Source of the DNA: Candidatus Aegiribacteria sp.
Lineage (GTDB): Bacteria; Fermentibacterota; Fermentibacteria; Fermentibacterales; JCC-6
Assembly (NCBI GenBank): GCA_046498225.1
Contig: JAWOBF010000136.1
Coordinates: forward strand, 1-16,827
Direction of reading: 5' to 3'
Length of the DNA: 16,827 bases
The stretch's first letter is position 1. Each line of letters begins with the position of its first letter. The translations under genes and the position numbers were made by a program. Shown piece after piece: positions 16,144 to 16,827 of the stretch. The notes below the pieces were generated by a model. It ran no database searches, was not told the DNA's origin, and saw only the letters and a list, made by a program, of their open reading frames with translations.

Positions 16144-16827
16144 TCAGCGGAAAAGGCCGGGAAGACCAGCTCCCCTGCCGGACTTCATCCGCTTCATCAT
16201 TTTCTTCATCGATCTGAATTCCTTCAGCAGTCGGTTCACGTCGTTCACCCTTGTACCGCTGCCCTGCGCTATCCTTTTCCTTCTGCTTCCGTTGATGATC
16301 TCAGGATGCAGCCTCTCTTTTCTTGTCATCGAGCTGATTATGGCCGACATCCTGTCGAACTGAGACTCGTCTATCTCCACCCCCTGGGGTCTCATCCCCC
16401 GGGGCAGCATTCCCAGGAGGTCTCCCAGGGAGCCCATCCTGCGTATACGGCCCAGTTCCCTGGAGAAATCCTCCAGGGTGAAACTGTCCGATACCAGCTT
16501 CTTCTCCAGCTTAATGGCCTCATCGATGTCGAAGTTCTCCTGGGCCTTCTCCACCAGGCCCACCACGTCACCCATGCCGAGTATCCTGCCCGCGAGCCTT
16601 CCGGGGTCCATGGGCTCCAGGCCGTCCACCTTCTCCCCGGTGCCGATGAATTTGATGGGCCTGCCGGTGACAGCCCTGAACGACAGCGCCGCGCCGCCCC
16701 TGGAATCACCGTCCATCTTCGTTATGACCGAACCGGTGAAGCCTATCCTCTCCTTGAACTCGGAGGCCACGTTGACGGCGTCCTGGCCCGACAGACCGTC
16801 CAGGACGAGCAGCGTCTCCGATGGATC
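16144..16827 (-). CDS. ffh: Signal recognition particle protein Ffh (5' part outside the window)
   Basis: The frame is open to the right edge (DPSETLLVLDGLSGQDAVN); TKMDGDSRGGAALS, PIKFIGTGEK, RILGMGDV, M-domain SMT..ER..P, SRRKRIAQGSG. Confidence 0.98.
   Translation of the reverse strand, partial: DPSETLLVLDGLSGQDAVNVASEFKERIGFTGSVITKMDGDSRGGAALSFRAVTGRPIKFIGTGEKVDGLEPMDPGRLAGRILGMGDVVGLVEKAQENFDIDEAIKLEKKLVSDSFTLEDFSRELGRIRRMGSLGDLLGMLPRGMRPQGVEIDESQFDRMSAIISSMTRKERLHPEIINGSRRKRIAQGSGTRVNDVNRLLKEFRSMKKMMKRMKSGRGAGLPGLFR

Noticed and set aside
1..16827. CRISPR arrays, tRNA/rRNA, IS/integrase or defence genes
   Set aside because: None seen; the window is almost entirely covered by identifiable CDSs with gaps of about 110 bp or less.

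Overview
GC-rich bacterial chromosomal window with no mobile element, CRISPR or RNA gene that I can support. Right to left on the minus strand: the conserved ffh(partial)-rpsP-khpA-rimM-trmD-rplS-rnhB-yraN run, a secreted 830-aa C25 (gingipain-like) peptidase/beta-propeller protein with a T9SS-type C-terminal sorting domain, comM/yifB, and a single-domain UPF0016 (GDT1/TMEM165) protein. On the plus strand lies a zur-znuA-znuC-znuB operon ending in a radical SAM/Twitch-type gene, with a 7-1-7 palindromic operator upstream. Divergent from it are yggS, divIVA and a >=970-aa PorU-like C25 protein that is missing from the ORF track because it runs off the left edge. Main points of interest: rnhB has no ATG/GTG/TTG ahead of its catalytic motif; a PorU-like sortase is translationally coupled to divIVA, with a T9SS-type cargo nearby in a genome that does not look like Bacteroidota (inferred: FCB-related candidate phylum such as Fermentibacterota); a radical SAM gene sits in a putatively Zur-controlled operon; and the yraN-comM pair is split by the protease gene. 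All family calls are by-eye motif recognition, not database results.
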